Assembly: GCA_965248435.1 (NCBI GenBank)
Contig: OZ252100.1
Coordinates: 384,001-448,000 of the forward strand
Length of the DNA: 64,000 bases
Source: Candidatus Latescibacterota bacterium
GTDB lineage: Bacteria; Latescibacterota; UBA2968; GCA-2709665
Reading direction: 5' to 3'
Below, one piece after another: positions 7,273-17,400 of the stretch; positions within the stretch are counted from its first letter, which is position 1; every line of letters starts with the position of its first letter. The notes under the pieces are model-generated. The model ran no database searches. It was not told the DNA's origin and saw nothing but the letters and a program-made list of their open reading frames with translations. Made by a program: the position numbers and the translations under genes.

Positions 7273-9705
7273 ATGCAGCTGGTCGTTGACACGGAGCTGT
7301 CCAAACCGGCCAAATGGGCATTGGACCGACTGAACCAGGTCTTTCTTTCAAGGAGTGAATCCGTTCAGGAAAGGTCCGCTCCCGAGTCAGGCCACGCTAT
7401 ACTGATCGGTGTCGCCGACCGTTCTCCCCTCGTTGACCAGGCGCTCGACACGGCCGGATTGCAGTGCCCGGAGGCATCCGAATCCCTCGTCATCCATCGC
7501 GTGGATGAAGATCGGCTCCTCGTCGCGGGACGGGATAAACGCGGCCTGGTTTACGCGCTGCTGGAGGTGGCCAGGACGATCGAACTGTCGGACCGTGATA
7601 GCTCTCCACTGGACGGCGTTCAGCCGGCCGTCGAGTCGCCCGCACTCGACTGGCGCAGCATGCAGCTCTTTCTCTGCAACCGAAAGCTCGAACAGGAATG
7701 GTTTTACCGCGAAGACTTCTGGGAGGCGTACCTGACGCAGCTTGTGCGAGATCGCTTCAACAATCTGAGCCTCACCTTTGCGCACCAGACGAACTACCTG
7801 GCGCCTCCCTATCCCTTCTTTGTCGAGATGCCGGAGTTCCCACAGGTGGTTCCCGTCGATTTTTCTACTGAGGAGCGCGAGCAAAACCTCGACATGCTCA
7901 GGAAGATTTCGGAGATGGCCCGAGACCGGGCGCTTCATTTCACCTTTGCCGTCTGGACCCAGAACGCGGATAGCTACGGCGAACCTACGGTCATGGGGCT
8001 CGATGAGGAGAATCTCGTAGATTTCAACGCCGTCGGCCTCAGGAGAGTGCTCGAAGCCTGTCCGAGAATAGATGGCGTCCAGTTCCGTATGAATTCGGAA
8101 TCCGGAATTCCAGAGGACCGCCAGATAGAATTCTATGAAAAACAGTTCCGTGCTGTCGCTGATTGCGGCCGTCCCCTCCGTCTCGACCTGCGCGCCAAAG
8201 GGCTTGCCGACGAGACCATTCAGCTTTCCAGAGAAATCGTCCCTTCTACTGTAATCTCCACCAAGCACTGGTGTGAGCATCAGGGTCTACCCTACCCCAT
8301 GCCTGCCATCCAGAAGAGAGACATCAACAGTTACAGACGCTACGGGATGTGGGACCTGCTGCAGAAACCCCGGGCCTACCCGCTTGTCTACCGCCTCTGG
8401 AGCGCCGGTTCCCAGCGCGTGCTGCTTTGGGGGGATCCGGAGTGGGTGAAGCGGTTCGCCACCTCCTGCCGCTTCGGGGGGATCGGGTTCGAGGTGATGG
8501 CCCCGCTGACAAACAAAGGTTTTCGCGCTGACACCGAGCCCTGGCAGACCATCGACAACCCCGAATACCAGCCCTACCCCGACGAGATCCAGCGCTACTG
8601 GATGTTCAACCTGCTCTTCGGCCGCCTGGGATATAATCCCGAGACTTCGGCCGAGATCTGGGAACGCGAGCTGAGGGCCCGATTCGGTGAGGCGGCAGAG
8701 GCTGTCGGTGAGCTCTATCGCGGCGGCGGCAAGATCCTGCCGCTGATCACGACCGTCCTGCAGTTCTCCGCCAGTATGTGGGGGTTCTGGCCCGAAATGT
8801 TTGCCGGCAGGAGCCTCGAAGAGGACATTTTGATCGAACCGAGTGACCCGACACAGTTTTACCGCGTCGATGAGTATGTCGAGGACGCCGTGAACGGCCG
8901 GCTTTGCGGCAAGTGGACGCCCCCCCATACCGCTGCCCACTTCCGCAAGCTCGCAGCGGAAACTCGCGATGCCCTGAGCGCGCTCGGAACGGAGTCAACG
9001 TCCGATGATGCGGAACTTCGGGGAACACGGCTCGACTTCGCGATCGCCGCTGACCTCGCCGACTACCACGCCTGTCGTCTCCTGGCCACGACGCACCTGG
9101 CTTTCTATCACCAGACCCAGAACGCAGCCCATCTGCAGGCGGCGCGCGAAGCCCTGCAACAGGCTGAGCCGCACTGGGCGTCGCTGTCTGACGCAGCCGA
9201 CGGAGTCTATCATCCCTACCTGATCTTCGGTCGTGAGCAGCACCGCGGGCACTGGAAAGACAGGTTGAAAGTCGTGGCGGCGGATCTGGAGGCCATCGAT
9301 CAGCTTATGGAGAAGTCTGACGCCGCACCGGCTCCGAATCCCTTCGCCGGAGGCGACATCCATCCAGATCCGCCGGGCATAACCTTCACGCCGCCGTCTG
9401 AGGCCACACCTGACCATGATCTTGTGCTCCGCATCCAGGCGAAATCAGACGCCAGCCTGGAAACGGTTCGCTGTTACTACAAGATCGTGAATCAGGTCCT
9501 TCCTTTCGACTGTCTCGATATGTCGAACCAGGGAGATGATGGCTACACTGTGACGATCCCGGGCACCTCTATCGATGCGCGGTGGGACATGATGGTCTTC
9601 TTCGAGTTCGTGTATGCGGACGACAGCGCCTGTCGCTGGCCGGACTGGCGTCAACACACGCCATATGTCGTCATCCCGGTGGCTACAGGGCATCAAAACC
9701 CATAG
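7273..9705 (+). CDS. Large uncharacterised glycoside hydrolase-like protein (GH20/GH67-like N-terminal domain plus TIM-barrel-like core)
   Basis: 810-aa ORF with GGAGG RBS. LLVAGRDKRGLVYALLE motif of GH20b/GH67N-type domains. C-terminal beta-sandwich. Confidence 0.6.
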   Translation: MQLVVDTELSKPAKWALDRLNQVFLSRSESVQERSAPESGHAILIGVADRSPLVDQALDTAGLQCPEASESLVIHRVDEDRLLVAGRDKRGLVYALLEVARTIELSDRDSSPLDGVQPAVESPALDWRSMQLFLCNRKLEQEWFYREDFWEAYLTQLVRDRFNNLSLTFAHQTNYLAPPYPFFVEMPEFPQVVPVDFSTEEREQNLDMLRKISEMARDRALHFTFAVWTQNADSYGEPTVMGLDEENLVDFNAVGLRRVLEACPRIDGVQFRMNSESGIPEDRQIEFYEKQFRAVADCGRPLRLDLRAKGLADETIQLSREIVPSTVISTKHWCEHQGLPYPMPAIQKRDINSYRRYGMWDLLQKPRAYPLVYRLWSAGSQRVLLWGDPEWVKRFATSCRFGGIGFEVMAPLTNKGFRADTEPWQTIDNPEYQPYPDEIQRYWMFNLLFGRLGYNPETSAEIWERELRARFGEAAEAVGELYRGGGKILPLITTVLQFSASMWGFWPEMFAGRSLEEDILIEPSDPTQFYRVDEYVEDAVNGRLCGKWTPPHTAAHFRKLAAETRDALSALGTESTSDDAELRGTRLDFAIAADLADYHACRLLATTHLAFYHQTQNAAHLQAAREALQQAEPHWASLSDAADGVYHPYLIFGREQHRGHWKDRLKVVAADLEAIDQLMEKSDAAPAPNPFAGGDIHPDPPGITFTPPSEATPDHDLVLRIQAKSDASLETVRCYYKIVNQVLPFDCLDMSNQGDDGYTVTIPGTSIDARWDMMVFFEFVYADDSACRWPDWRQHTPYVVIPVATGHQNP

Positions 9706-9713
9706 GAGGATGA

Positions 9714-10544
9714 ATGGAACGCCAGAAACTCCACCTGCTTGCCGTGGTCGCCCACCCTCACGACTTCGTGCACTGCTGCGGCACGTTCGGGGTTCACACC
9801 GCCATGGGCGACACGGCGACGGTCGTTTCGCTGATGAGCGGCGCGTCTACCCCCCACAACGATAAGCTCTCAGTCGAGCTGGCCAAACCGCCTGAGGATC
9901 GGGACCCCGAGGTTATGGGACAAACCTGGGAGCAGTTCGCCGAAATCAAGAAACAGGAGCTTCGCGACGTCGCCGCGATCTTCGGCATAACCGACGTCAG
10001 GGTCTTCGACTATCCGGACCACCCCTTCTACCTGCGCGACCATCCGAAGGCGATCGAACAGCTGGTAGACGTCATGCTGGAAGTGCGTCCCCACGTGCTC
10101 GTTACGCAGTCCCCGTACACGTCCAGTGCATTCAGGCACTCCGGTCAAAGCTCCGGTGCACACAATGACCACAACGAAACAGCGTATGCCGCCCTGGCGG
10201 CCCGCGCCCAGGCCGGGGCTCCCCAATTCGGCGAAACCCAGCGCCCGCACAAGATCGCCGCCGTCTATTACCTGGGACTCTATTTCGATCGGAGCAGGTG
10301 GGACTTCTGCGTGGACATCTCCGATTTCTTCGAGAAGAAGGTCCAGGCCGAGGCCTCGTTCCTGAGTCAAGGCCACACACCGGAGCGGGCCCGCCGATCC
10401 GTCGAGTTGAATGCCGGGCATACGGGCCGCTACGGCGGCGGTGTCAAATACGCGGAGTCGTTCGTCAGGGACAGCCACGAACTCTTGCCGCATTTCATCG
10501 TTCCCGAGGCGGCGCTCAAGCGCGCGGAGAATCCGGTTGTATAG
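9714..10544 (+). CDS. PIG-L/LmbE family deacetylase
   Basis: LAVVAHPHD, HNDH, VDISDFFEKK, YAESF. Confidence 0.8.
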   Translation: MERQKLHLLAVVAHPHDFVHCCGTFGVHTAMGDTATVVSLMSGASTPHNDKLSVELAKPPEDRDPEVMGQTWEQFAEIKKQELRDVAAIFGITDVRVFDYPDHPFYLRDHPKAIEQLVDVMLEVRPHVLVTQSPYTSSAFRHSGQSSGAHNDHNETAYAALAARAQAGAPQFGETQRPHKIAAVYYLGLYFDRSRWDFCVDISDFFEKKVQAEASFLSQGHTPERARRSVELNAGHTGRYGGGVKYAESFVRDSHELLPHFIVPEAALKRAENPVV

Positions 10545-10570
10545 CCGTGAATTCTAGTGCCGCGATTATA

Positions 10571-10653
10571 AGACCGCAGACCGCAGACGGCAGACCGCCA
10601 AAGGCATACAACTGTTTCTTGATTTGGCCGTCCGCGGTCCGTGGTCTGTCGTC
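10571..10653. repeat. Inverted pair of 7-bp tandem arrays (AGACCGC-type / GCCGTCC-type)
   Basis: Four units at 10571-10598 and four reverse-complement-like units at 10627-10653. Confidence 0.8.
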
Positions 10654-10664
10654 AGGTTTTTCAT

Positions 10665-11594
10665 ATGTTTGAACTCAAAGACCAAGTGATCGGCGATTCC
10701 TGGTATTTTGTTTCCGAGGACACGGCCCACATGTTCTTCCTGACCAAGCCCGTCGATCGCGAAGAGGCCGGGTGGGAGATTGGCCACGCAGTCAGCGGGA
10801 ACCTGATCGATTGGGACTACCTCGGCTTGGCCCTCACGCGCGGACCCGAAGGGGCCTGGGACGGCCAGGGTCTCGCGACCGGCAGCGTGATCGAACGAGA
10901 TGGCAAATACTGGATGGCCTTCACCGCGTTTCAGGAGAACGGTCGAGTGCAGCTGACCGGGATTGCGGTTTCAGACGATCTGATCACCTGGCGAAAACTA
11001 CCTGAGAACCCCGTGACCCAACCCGAGCCCCCTTACTATGAGCAGTTGTCGTCAGGGCAGCGACCAAGCTCTCACTGGCGCGATCCCTTCCTGCTGGACG
11101 ATGGCGATGCCGTCTACCAGCTCATCTGTGCAAGCCGAAGCGAGGGCGACGTGAAGACGCGCGGGACGGTGGCGCTGGCGCGCAGTACGGACATGGTCGA
11201 GTGGGAAATCCTGCCCCCTCTCGAGCACGACTGGATCGCCGAGGAGATGGAGGTCCCTCAGGTCTACCAGATCGAGGGTCGTTGGTACCTGGTCTTCTGC
11301 ACACAAAGCCCTCTGCTCTCGCCGAGCTTTGCCGAACGATTCGAGAACGGGGCTCCCAGACGAAGCAACTTCGCCATGGTCGGCAGCTCCCCCCTCGGGC
11401 CGTATCACATTCACGGGACAGGCCAGATCGTGCACCACCCGAATGACGTCTATTTTTATGCCGCTCAACTCGTAAATCTACGCGGAAAATGGTACCTGAT
11501 GGCAACGACACACGGCGAGGCGTCTAACGTGATTGCCGATCCGGTTCCCGTCTATGCCGATGAGACGGGCGTCCACGCGATCACTGATTCTTGA
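10665..11594 (+). CDS. Five-bladed beta-propeller glycosidase (GH32/GH68 clan-like)
   Basis: IGDSW, IGHAVS.NLIDW, ATGSVI, WRDP and EMEVP catalytic-type motifs. Confidence 0.75.
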   Translation: MFELKDQVIGDSWYFVSEDTAHMFFLTKPVDREEAGWEIGHAVSGNLIDWDYLGLALTRGPEGAWDGQGLATGSVIERDGKYWMAFTAFQENGRVQLTGIAVSDDLITWRKLPENPVTQPEPPYYEQLSSGQRPSSHWRDPFLLDDGDAVYQLICASRSEGDVKTRGTVALARSTDMVEWEILPPLEHDWIAEEMEVPQVYQIEGRWYLVFCTQSPLLSPSFAERFENGAPRRSNFAMVGSSPLGPYHIHGTGQIVHHPNDVYFYAAQLVNLRGKWYLMATTHGEASNVIADPVPVYADETGVHAITDS

Positions 11595-11606
11595 GAGGGT
11601 CGTAAG

Positions 11607-12371
11607 ATGGCTGACGATATGAACGGAAAGGTCGCCCTCATCACCGGCGGTGCTTCGGGAATCGGCCGCGCGACCGCGCTGAGGTTTGCCGCCGATAAAG
11701 CCAGCGTCGTCATCGCCGATGTGGATACCGATGGAGGCGAAGAGACGATGCGCACGATCGAAGGGAATGGCGGCGATGCACGCTTCGTGAAGACGGACGT
11801 GGTGCGAGAATCAGAGGTGAAGGCGTTGGTCCGGAAGTCGGTCGACGCGTATGGACGCCTGGACTACGCCTTCAACAACGCCGGAATCTCGTCTCCGCGC
11901 AGTGTAGACCTTGTGGAACACACCGAGGAAGAGTGGGACCGTGTCATCGACATCGACTTGAAAGGCGTCTGGCTGTGCATGAAGCATGAAATTCTGCAGA
12001 TGCTGGAGCAGGGCTCAGGCGCGATCGTGAACACGTCGTCGATCTACGGTCTGGTAGGTATTCCCACTGGCCCGGCCTATGCGGCCGCTAAACACGGCGT
12101 CATCGGACTCACGAAGTCGGCCGCCCTGACCTATGCCCAGAAGGGCATACGGGTCAACGCCGTATGTCCTGGCGCGACCCGGTCGCCCATGGTGCAGCGA
12201 ATCATCGACCAAAACCCCGCGCGAGAAGAGTGGTACGTCTCTCAACATCCAATCGGACGAATGGGCGTGCCCGAGGAGATCGCCGAGGCGGTCGTCTGGC
12301 TCTGCTCCGACAAGACCTCGTTTATCACGGGACACGCAATGGCAGTAGATGGCGGCTACGTGGCGCAGTAG
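11607..12371 (+). CDS. Classical short-chain dehydrogenase/reductase
   Basis: TGGASGIG, NNAG, YAAAK. Confidence 0.95.
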   Translation: MADDMNGKVALITGGASGIGRATALRFAADKASVVIADVDTDGGEETMRTIEGNGGDARFVKTDVVRESEVKALVRKSVDAYGRLDYAFNNAGISSPRSVDLVEHTEEEWDRVIDIDLKGVWLCMKHEILQMLEQGSGAIVNTSSIYGLVGIPTGPAYAAAKHGVIGLTKSAALTYAQKGIRVNAVCPGATRSPMVQRIIDQNPAREEWYVSQHPIGRMGVPEEIAEAVVWLCSDKTSFITGHAMAVDGGYVAQ

Positions 12372-12459
12372 ATTTGGCTTTGCTTCTCCTATCTGCAACC
12401 CGTATGATTGTTTACATTTGATATGGCTAGGAATGACAACTGCTCGGAGAAATCACTAG

Positions 12460-13695
12460 ATGGTTACAACCCTGACTCAGGACGCTGATTACGATCTCTT
12501 CTGCAACCAGCGGCTGAACAACCCCTACCCCCTCTTCGCCCGTATGCGCGCCGAAGATCCCGTGCACTGGTCCGAGCTGATGCAGTGCTGGCTGATCACG
12601 CGCTATGATGACACGATGCTCGCACTCAAAGACGACCTGCCCCTGTTGTCCAGCCGCGAAGGGATCTACACCGGTCCGCTCCTGCCGGAGAATCGCGAAC
12701 GGGCCCAGCCACTCATCGATCACCTCACCCTCTGGATGCTCAGCATGGACCCACCGAACCACACTCGGCTTCGCAAGCTCGTGGGGCTCGCCTTCACCCC
12801 TCGTATGGTCAAATCACTCGAGCCGATGATCGAACGAATCGTAAACGAGCTCCTCGACCAGATTTCCGGGGACAAGCAGACGGATTTCATCCAGTCGTTC
12901 TGTCTGCCGCTCCCTGCGACCGTGATCTGCGAAATGCTCGGCATCCCGACCGAGCACCGGGATCAGTACCGCGATTGTGTGGACAGGATGATTCGGTTCG
13001 TCTCAGGCGGCGGCCCGGTCATCAACGATCACATCGACGAGGCCCGAGAGAGTCTGGATACGCTGATCGGGTTCTTCGATTCGCTGATCGACGAGCGCCG
13101 CGCCGACCCACAGGACGACCTGCTCAGCGCAATGGCCACCGCGGAAGAAGACGGCGATCGACTGACGAAGGACGAGCTCTTCGCCCTGTGCGTCTTCCTG
13201 TTCGTGGCGGGGCACGAGACCACCATGGGCCTCCTCGCCAACGGGACGCTGGCGCTGCTGCAGCACCCGGATCAGCACGAAAAGATGAAAGCAGATCCGG
13301 AAGGCCTCGTCGCACCGGCGATCGAAGAATTCCTGCGGTATGAATCGCCGGTAACCCGCGCGGTGCGGCGCGCGGCCGAGGACTTCGAGTGGCGCGGCAA
13401 GAAGATCCGCAAGGGCGAGACCACCATGTCGCTGCTCGGCGCCGCGAATCGCGACCCGGAGCAGTTCCCGGACCCCGACCGGCTGGACATCGAAAGAGAC
13501 CCCAATAAGCATCTCGGGTTCGGGTTCGGGATCCACTTCTGCATCGGCGCTCCCCTGGCACGCCTGGAGGGCAAGGTCGCCTTCCCTGCCATCCTCCGGC
13601 GCTTCCCGAACATGCGGCTTGCGACAGACCGGATCGAATACGTGCCGGCCTTCGGTATTCGATCGATCGAGGCGCTGCCGCTCGAACTGACGTAG
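12460..13695 (+). CDS. Cytochrome P450
   Basis: AGHETT I-helix, EEFLR, FGFGIHFCIGAPLAR heme-Cys motif. Confidence 0.95.
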   Translation: MVTTLTQDADYDLFCNQRLNNPYPLFARMRAEDPVHWSELMQCWLITRYDDTMLALKDDLPLLSSREGIYTGPLLPENRERAQPLIDHLTLWMLSMDPPNHTRLRKLVGLAFTPRMVKSLEPMIERIVNELLDQISGDKQTDFIQSFCLPLPATVICEMLGIPTEHRDQYRDCVDRMIRFVSGGGPVINDHIDEARESLDTLIGFFDSLIDERRADPQDDLLSAMATAEEDGDRLTKDELFALCVFLFVAGHETTMGLLANGTLALLQHPDQHEKMKADPEGLVAPAIEEFLRYESPVTRAVRRAAEDFEWRGKKIRKGETTMSLLGAANRDPEQFPDPDRLDIERDPNKHLGFGFGIHFCIGAPLARLEGKVAFPAILRRFPNMRLATDRIEYVPAFGIRSIEALPLELT

Positions 13696-13725
13696 TAGAA
13701 GCCAGAAAAGCCCTGATGGCTGGAC

Positions 13726-13755
13726 AAAGGAAAGCCTCTTTGGCTTTCCTTTTTT
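13726..13755 (+). terminator. Intrinsic terminator after P450
   Basis: AAAGGAAAGCC-TCTTT-GGCTTTCCTTT followed by a T-run. Confidence 0.75.
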
Positions 13756-13804
13756 GTTTCTCTATATTGAGCCCTCTTGAAATTCTGACAATGAGGATCC
13801 GTTA

Positions 13805-14398
13805 ATGGCTGATAAACCGGAAGAACGAAAACAGGTTTTCGCTGCGGCACTTGACGAATTTGCCGAGACCGGATTCACTCAGTCCAGTCTGGATTCGATC
13901 GCGCAAAGGGCGAATCTCGAAGTAGCCGTTGTACGAGCGCTCTTTGTGAGCAAGGAGACGCTTCTCCGCGAACTTCTGCAAGAAGAGTGCGAGATCATGA
14001 GCGCGATCGCCGTCGCGGTGGATGAAATTGATGATCCGAAGGAATTCGTCAGAGAGTCGCTTAAGGTTTTCGATCGATGGATGCTGGATAACCCTAAGGC
14101 CACGAGAGCCTGGGTGCAGTGTTCTCTCGAAGCACCTGGAGCCTTACGGTCCCACTACGAGCGTTCCCTCATGCCTTCGGAGTTCTATGACAGGCTGGGT
14201 CAGATCATCGACAGTGGACAAATTCGATGCGACGATCCGTTCATATTGAACATGCTCTTTGAATCTCTCATCGTATTCCCTCACATAATGCGCCAGACAC
14301 TCGAGCTCATAGACCCCGGTCAATCTGAGGAAGAAATCTTTGATCGCAGGTTCGAGGCCATGATGGACCTTTTTGAACACGGGTTGTTCACGAACTGA
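13805..14398 (+). CDS. TetR/AcrR family transcriptional regulator
   Basis: AALDEFAETGFTQSSLDSIAQRANL..FVSKETLL N-terminal HTH. Confidence 0.8.
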   Translation: MADKPEERKQVFAAALDEFAETGFTQSSLDSIAQRANLEVAVVRALFVSKETLLRELLQEECEIMSAIAVAVDEIDDPKEFVRESLKVFDRWMLDNPKATRAWVQCSLEAPGALRSHYERSLMPSEFYDRLGQIIDSGQIRCDDPFILNMLFESLIVFPHIMRQTLELIDPGQSEEEIFDRRFEAMMDLFEHGLFTN

Positions 14399-14466
14399 GT
14401 TTCCAGTCCAATAAAGTCTCGCTAGTGCATTCCGCTTTGCGGCGTTGGAGATAAGGAAAAAGATCC

Positions 14467-17400
14467 ATGGATAAACGAGACCGAGTCTGGGTCATCGTGT
14501 TTCTAGTTTTGGGAGCGATTGGACTCGCATCGTACCTTCGCCTCTACGAAGAGGCATCTCCGGTTGCCTCTCTGGATTTCAAGCTCGATCGGGAAGAGGC
14601 CTTCGAGAAGGCCAGGGACTACACAGAACGGCTGGGTTACAGCACGGGGGATTACGAGAGCGCCCAGATCTTTTCCTGGGACTATGAGCACCAAGTCTTT
14701 CTGGAACGCACCCTCGGATTGCCAGAGGCCAATCGCCTCGCTCGAGAATGGGTCTCCATCTGGGCATGGCAGGTTCGCTGGTACAAACCGCTAGTAAAGG
14801 AGGAATTCAGGATCCACCTCGACCCGGGAGGTCGGATCGTCAATTTTGTTCACCGGATCCTGGAGACCGATCCAGGCGCCAGCCTGACGCAGACGGATGC
14901 CCTTCCGATTGCAGAAACATTCCTCACGGTGACCCAGGGGTTCGACCTGGCCGATTACGAGCTCATCGAAGAGTCGAGCGTGGAACGGCCGGCACGAATG
15001 GACCACACCTTCACTTACCGGAAACGCGATTTCACCGTCGGAGACGATGGGCATTACAGGCTGAAAGTGATCGTCCTCGGCGATCGTGTGGGTGAGTTCT
15101 CCGAATTCTTGAAGGTACCGGAGTCCTTCAGCCGGAACTATCGGGAGATCCGTTCCAGGGCAGGATTACTCACTTCTTTTTTCCGTGTATTCCACATCGC
15201 CCTAATGGTGGCGATACTGTTCGTGCTGGTGCAGAGACACCGCCAGGGCACGCTCAGATGGCGCGGCCCCCTCTTGATCGGGATTGTTGTTGCCGTGGCG
15301 TCGATCATCGCGGGGGTCAATGCCCTGCCCCTCGCCTATTTCGGTTTCGAGACAACGGAGTCTCAGTCCTTCTTCGTTCTCGAGTTTCTAGCTGTGGCGC
15401 TCCTTGCTTCCATATACTCTGGTGGAGTCATCTGTCTTACTGGTGTCTCAGGAGGGTCGCTCGCCCGACAGGTTCTCTACTCGAACCGGCGCAACCCCCT
15501 CCAAGGGATTTCGATTCGACGCGTCTTTTCGCCCGGGTTTGCACGGTCAACAATCGTCGGCTACGGCCTGGCGTTCTCCAGTCTTGGTTATGTCACCCTC
15601 TTTTACATTTTCGGTATCCGATATCTGGGGGTGTGGGTACCCGCCGATCTTACGGAATACAATAATTCTTTTAGTACCCTATTGCCATGGATTGAACCTC
15701 TGCTGGTTGGTCTAAGGGCCTCCACGGGTGAAGAATTCCTTTACCGGCTTTTTGCCATTCCCCTTCTCATTCGCTGGCTCAAAAGGCCGTGGCTCGCTGT
15801 GCTGCTCCAGGCGATCATATGGGCATTTCTCCATTCCAACTACCCGCAAGAGCCGATCTACATTCGGGGGCTGGAGATCACAGTGGTAGGTGTAGTCTAC
15901 GGCGCCATATTCCTGCGCTTTGGTATCTGGGCCACTGTCATCTCCCACTACGCCTTCAACGCCTTCGTGGGCGCCTTTCCCATGCTGATTTCTTCCAGCC
16001 TATACTTCCAGGTCTCAGGAGGCCTGGTTGTCGGTATACTTTTTCTTCCAGTGCTGCCTGCGATCTATGGTATGATCACCGGCCGCTACCGCTACATCGA
16101 GGAGGAAGAGGAGGAAATGGCAGTCGCGGAATCCGTCCAGGAGCCACCTCCCGAGGAAACACCACAAATCAGAAGAGAATGGACTCACTATAGACCGGAC
16201 AAGCGGGCCTGGCAGATCGCAGTTCTCTTAGCGATTGCCAGCGCTTCAATCCTGATCGGACTCGAAAAGACCCCTTGGTTCGGAAGACGCACCCTCACCC
16301 TGGCCGTCACCCGCTCCGACGCCGTCACTGAGGCGGAGTCCTTCCTGCGAGACGCGGGTCTTCAGCTGGCGGGGGGTCACCAAACAACCTGGTTCGAGTC
16401 TGTTTTGGGATCCGATGACTATGTCCACCTGGTCCGAAAGGCCGGCGTAGCCCGCGCAGACAGTCTGGCGTCCGCCCTGACCACGCCCTGGCAGTGGCGC
16501 GTTCGCAGGTTCAGGCCTTTGGAGAAAGAGGAAGTGCAGATCGGCGTAGATCCAGACGGAAGGGTGACGCGTTTTGAGCACCTGATCCCTGAAAACCAAC
16601 CCGGTGACGCCCTCGAAATCGAGGATGCCCGGAGCATCGCCGAAACTTTCGTGGTGACAAAATTCAATCGGACCGTCACGGACTCGGTGCGCTACAAATT
16701 GCTCGAGGCCGAATCAGAAAAACGCGAAGCGCGGGTCGATCACCGGTTTGTATGGGAACGAATCGACAGAAAAGTGGAAGAGGGTCAGTTTCGTACGGAA
16801 GTAATCGTGCAGGGGAACACGATTGGCCTGGTTTCGGCCCATTACAAGGCGCCCGAGGCCTTTCTACGGGGCTTGCAGGAGAAGAAAGCCAAGGACTTCG
16901 TTTCGGAGGTCCTGCCGATCATTCTCATCGTCGTGACGATCGTTCTGGCCGGCCGAAGCCTGATGAGAGGGCACAAAGAGGGAGCGCTCACGTGGGGGTT
17001 TCCTATCAGGATCGGCGCTGTTGTCGTCCTCCTGAGGCTGCTTGATTACCTGAACGACTTGCCGATCTTCTACCGCGGTTATGATACCAGACTGGCCATG
17101 GGAACATTCGTAGGCCATCAGCTCATAGGCCTCTTCATCAGCCTCGCATTCACAGGCCTGGCTGTGACCTTGATGGTCGCGCTTGCCCAGGCCCTTTACC
17201 ATAGGACCTGGCCAGGTCAAATGCCCCCTGACAGGTGGCTCAATCTGCTCAGATTGCGGCCTGGCAGCGCCCGATTGCTGCGAGACGGTCTCTTCCTGGG
17301 CCTCATCCTCTACGTGGTAAAAAGCTGTCTGGGCAGATTGGACAACTTTGTCACCTATCACTGGCTGGCCGACTACCTGAAACCGGATAGTATACAGCCT

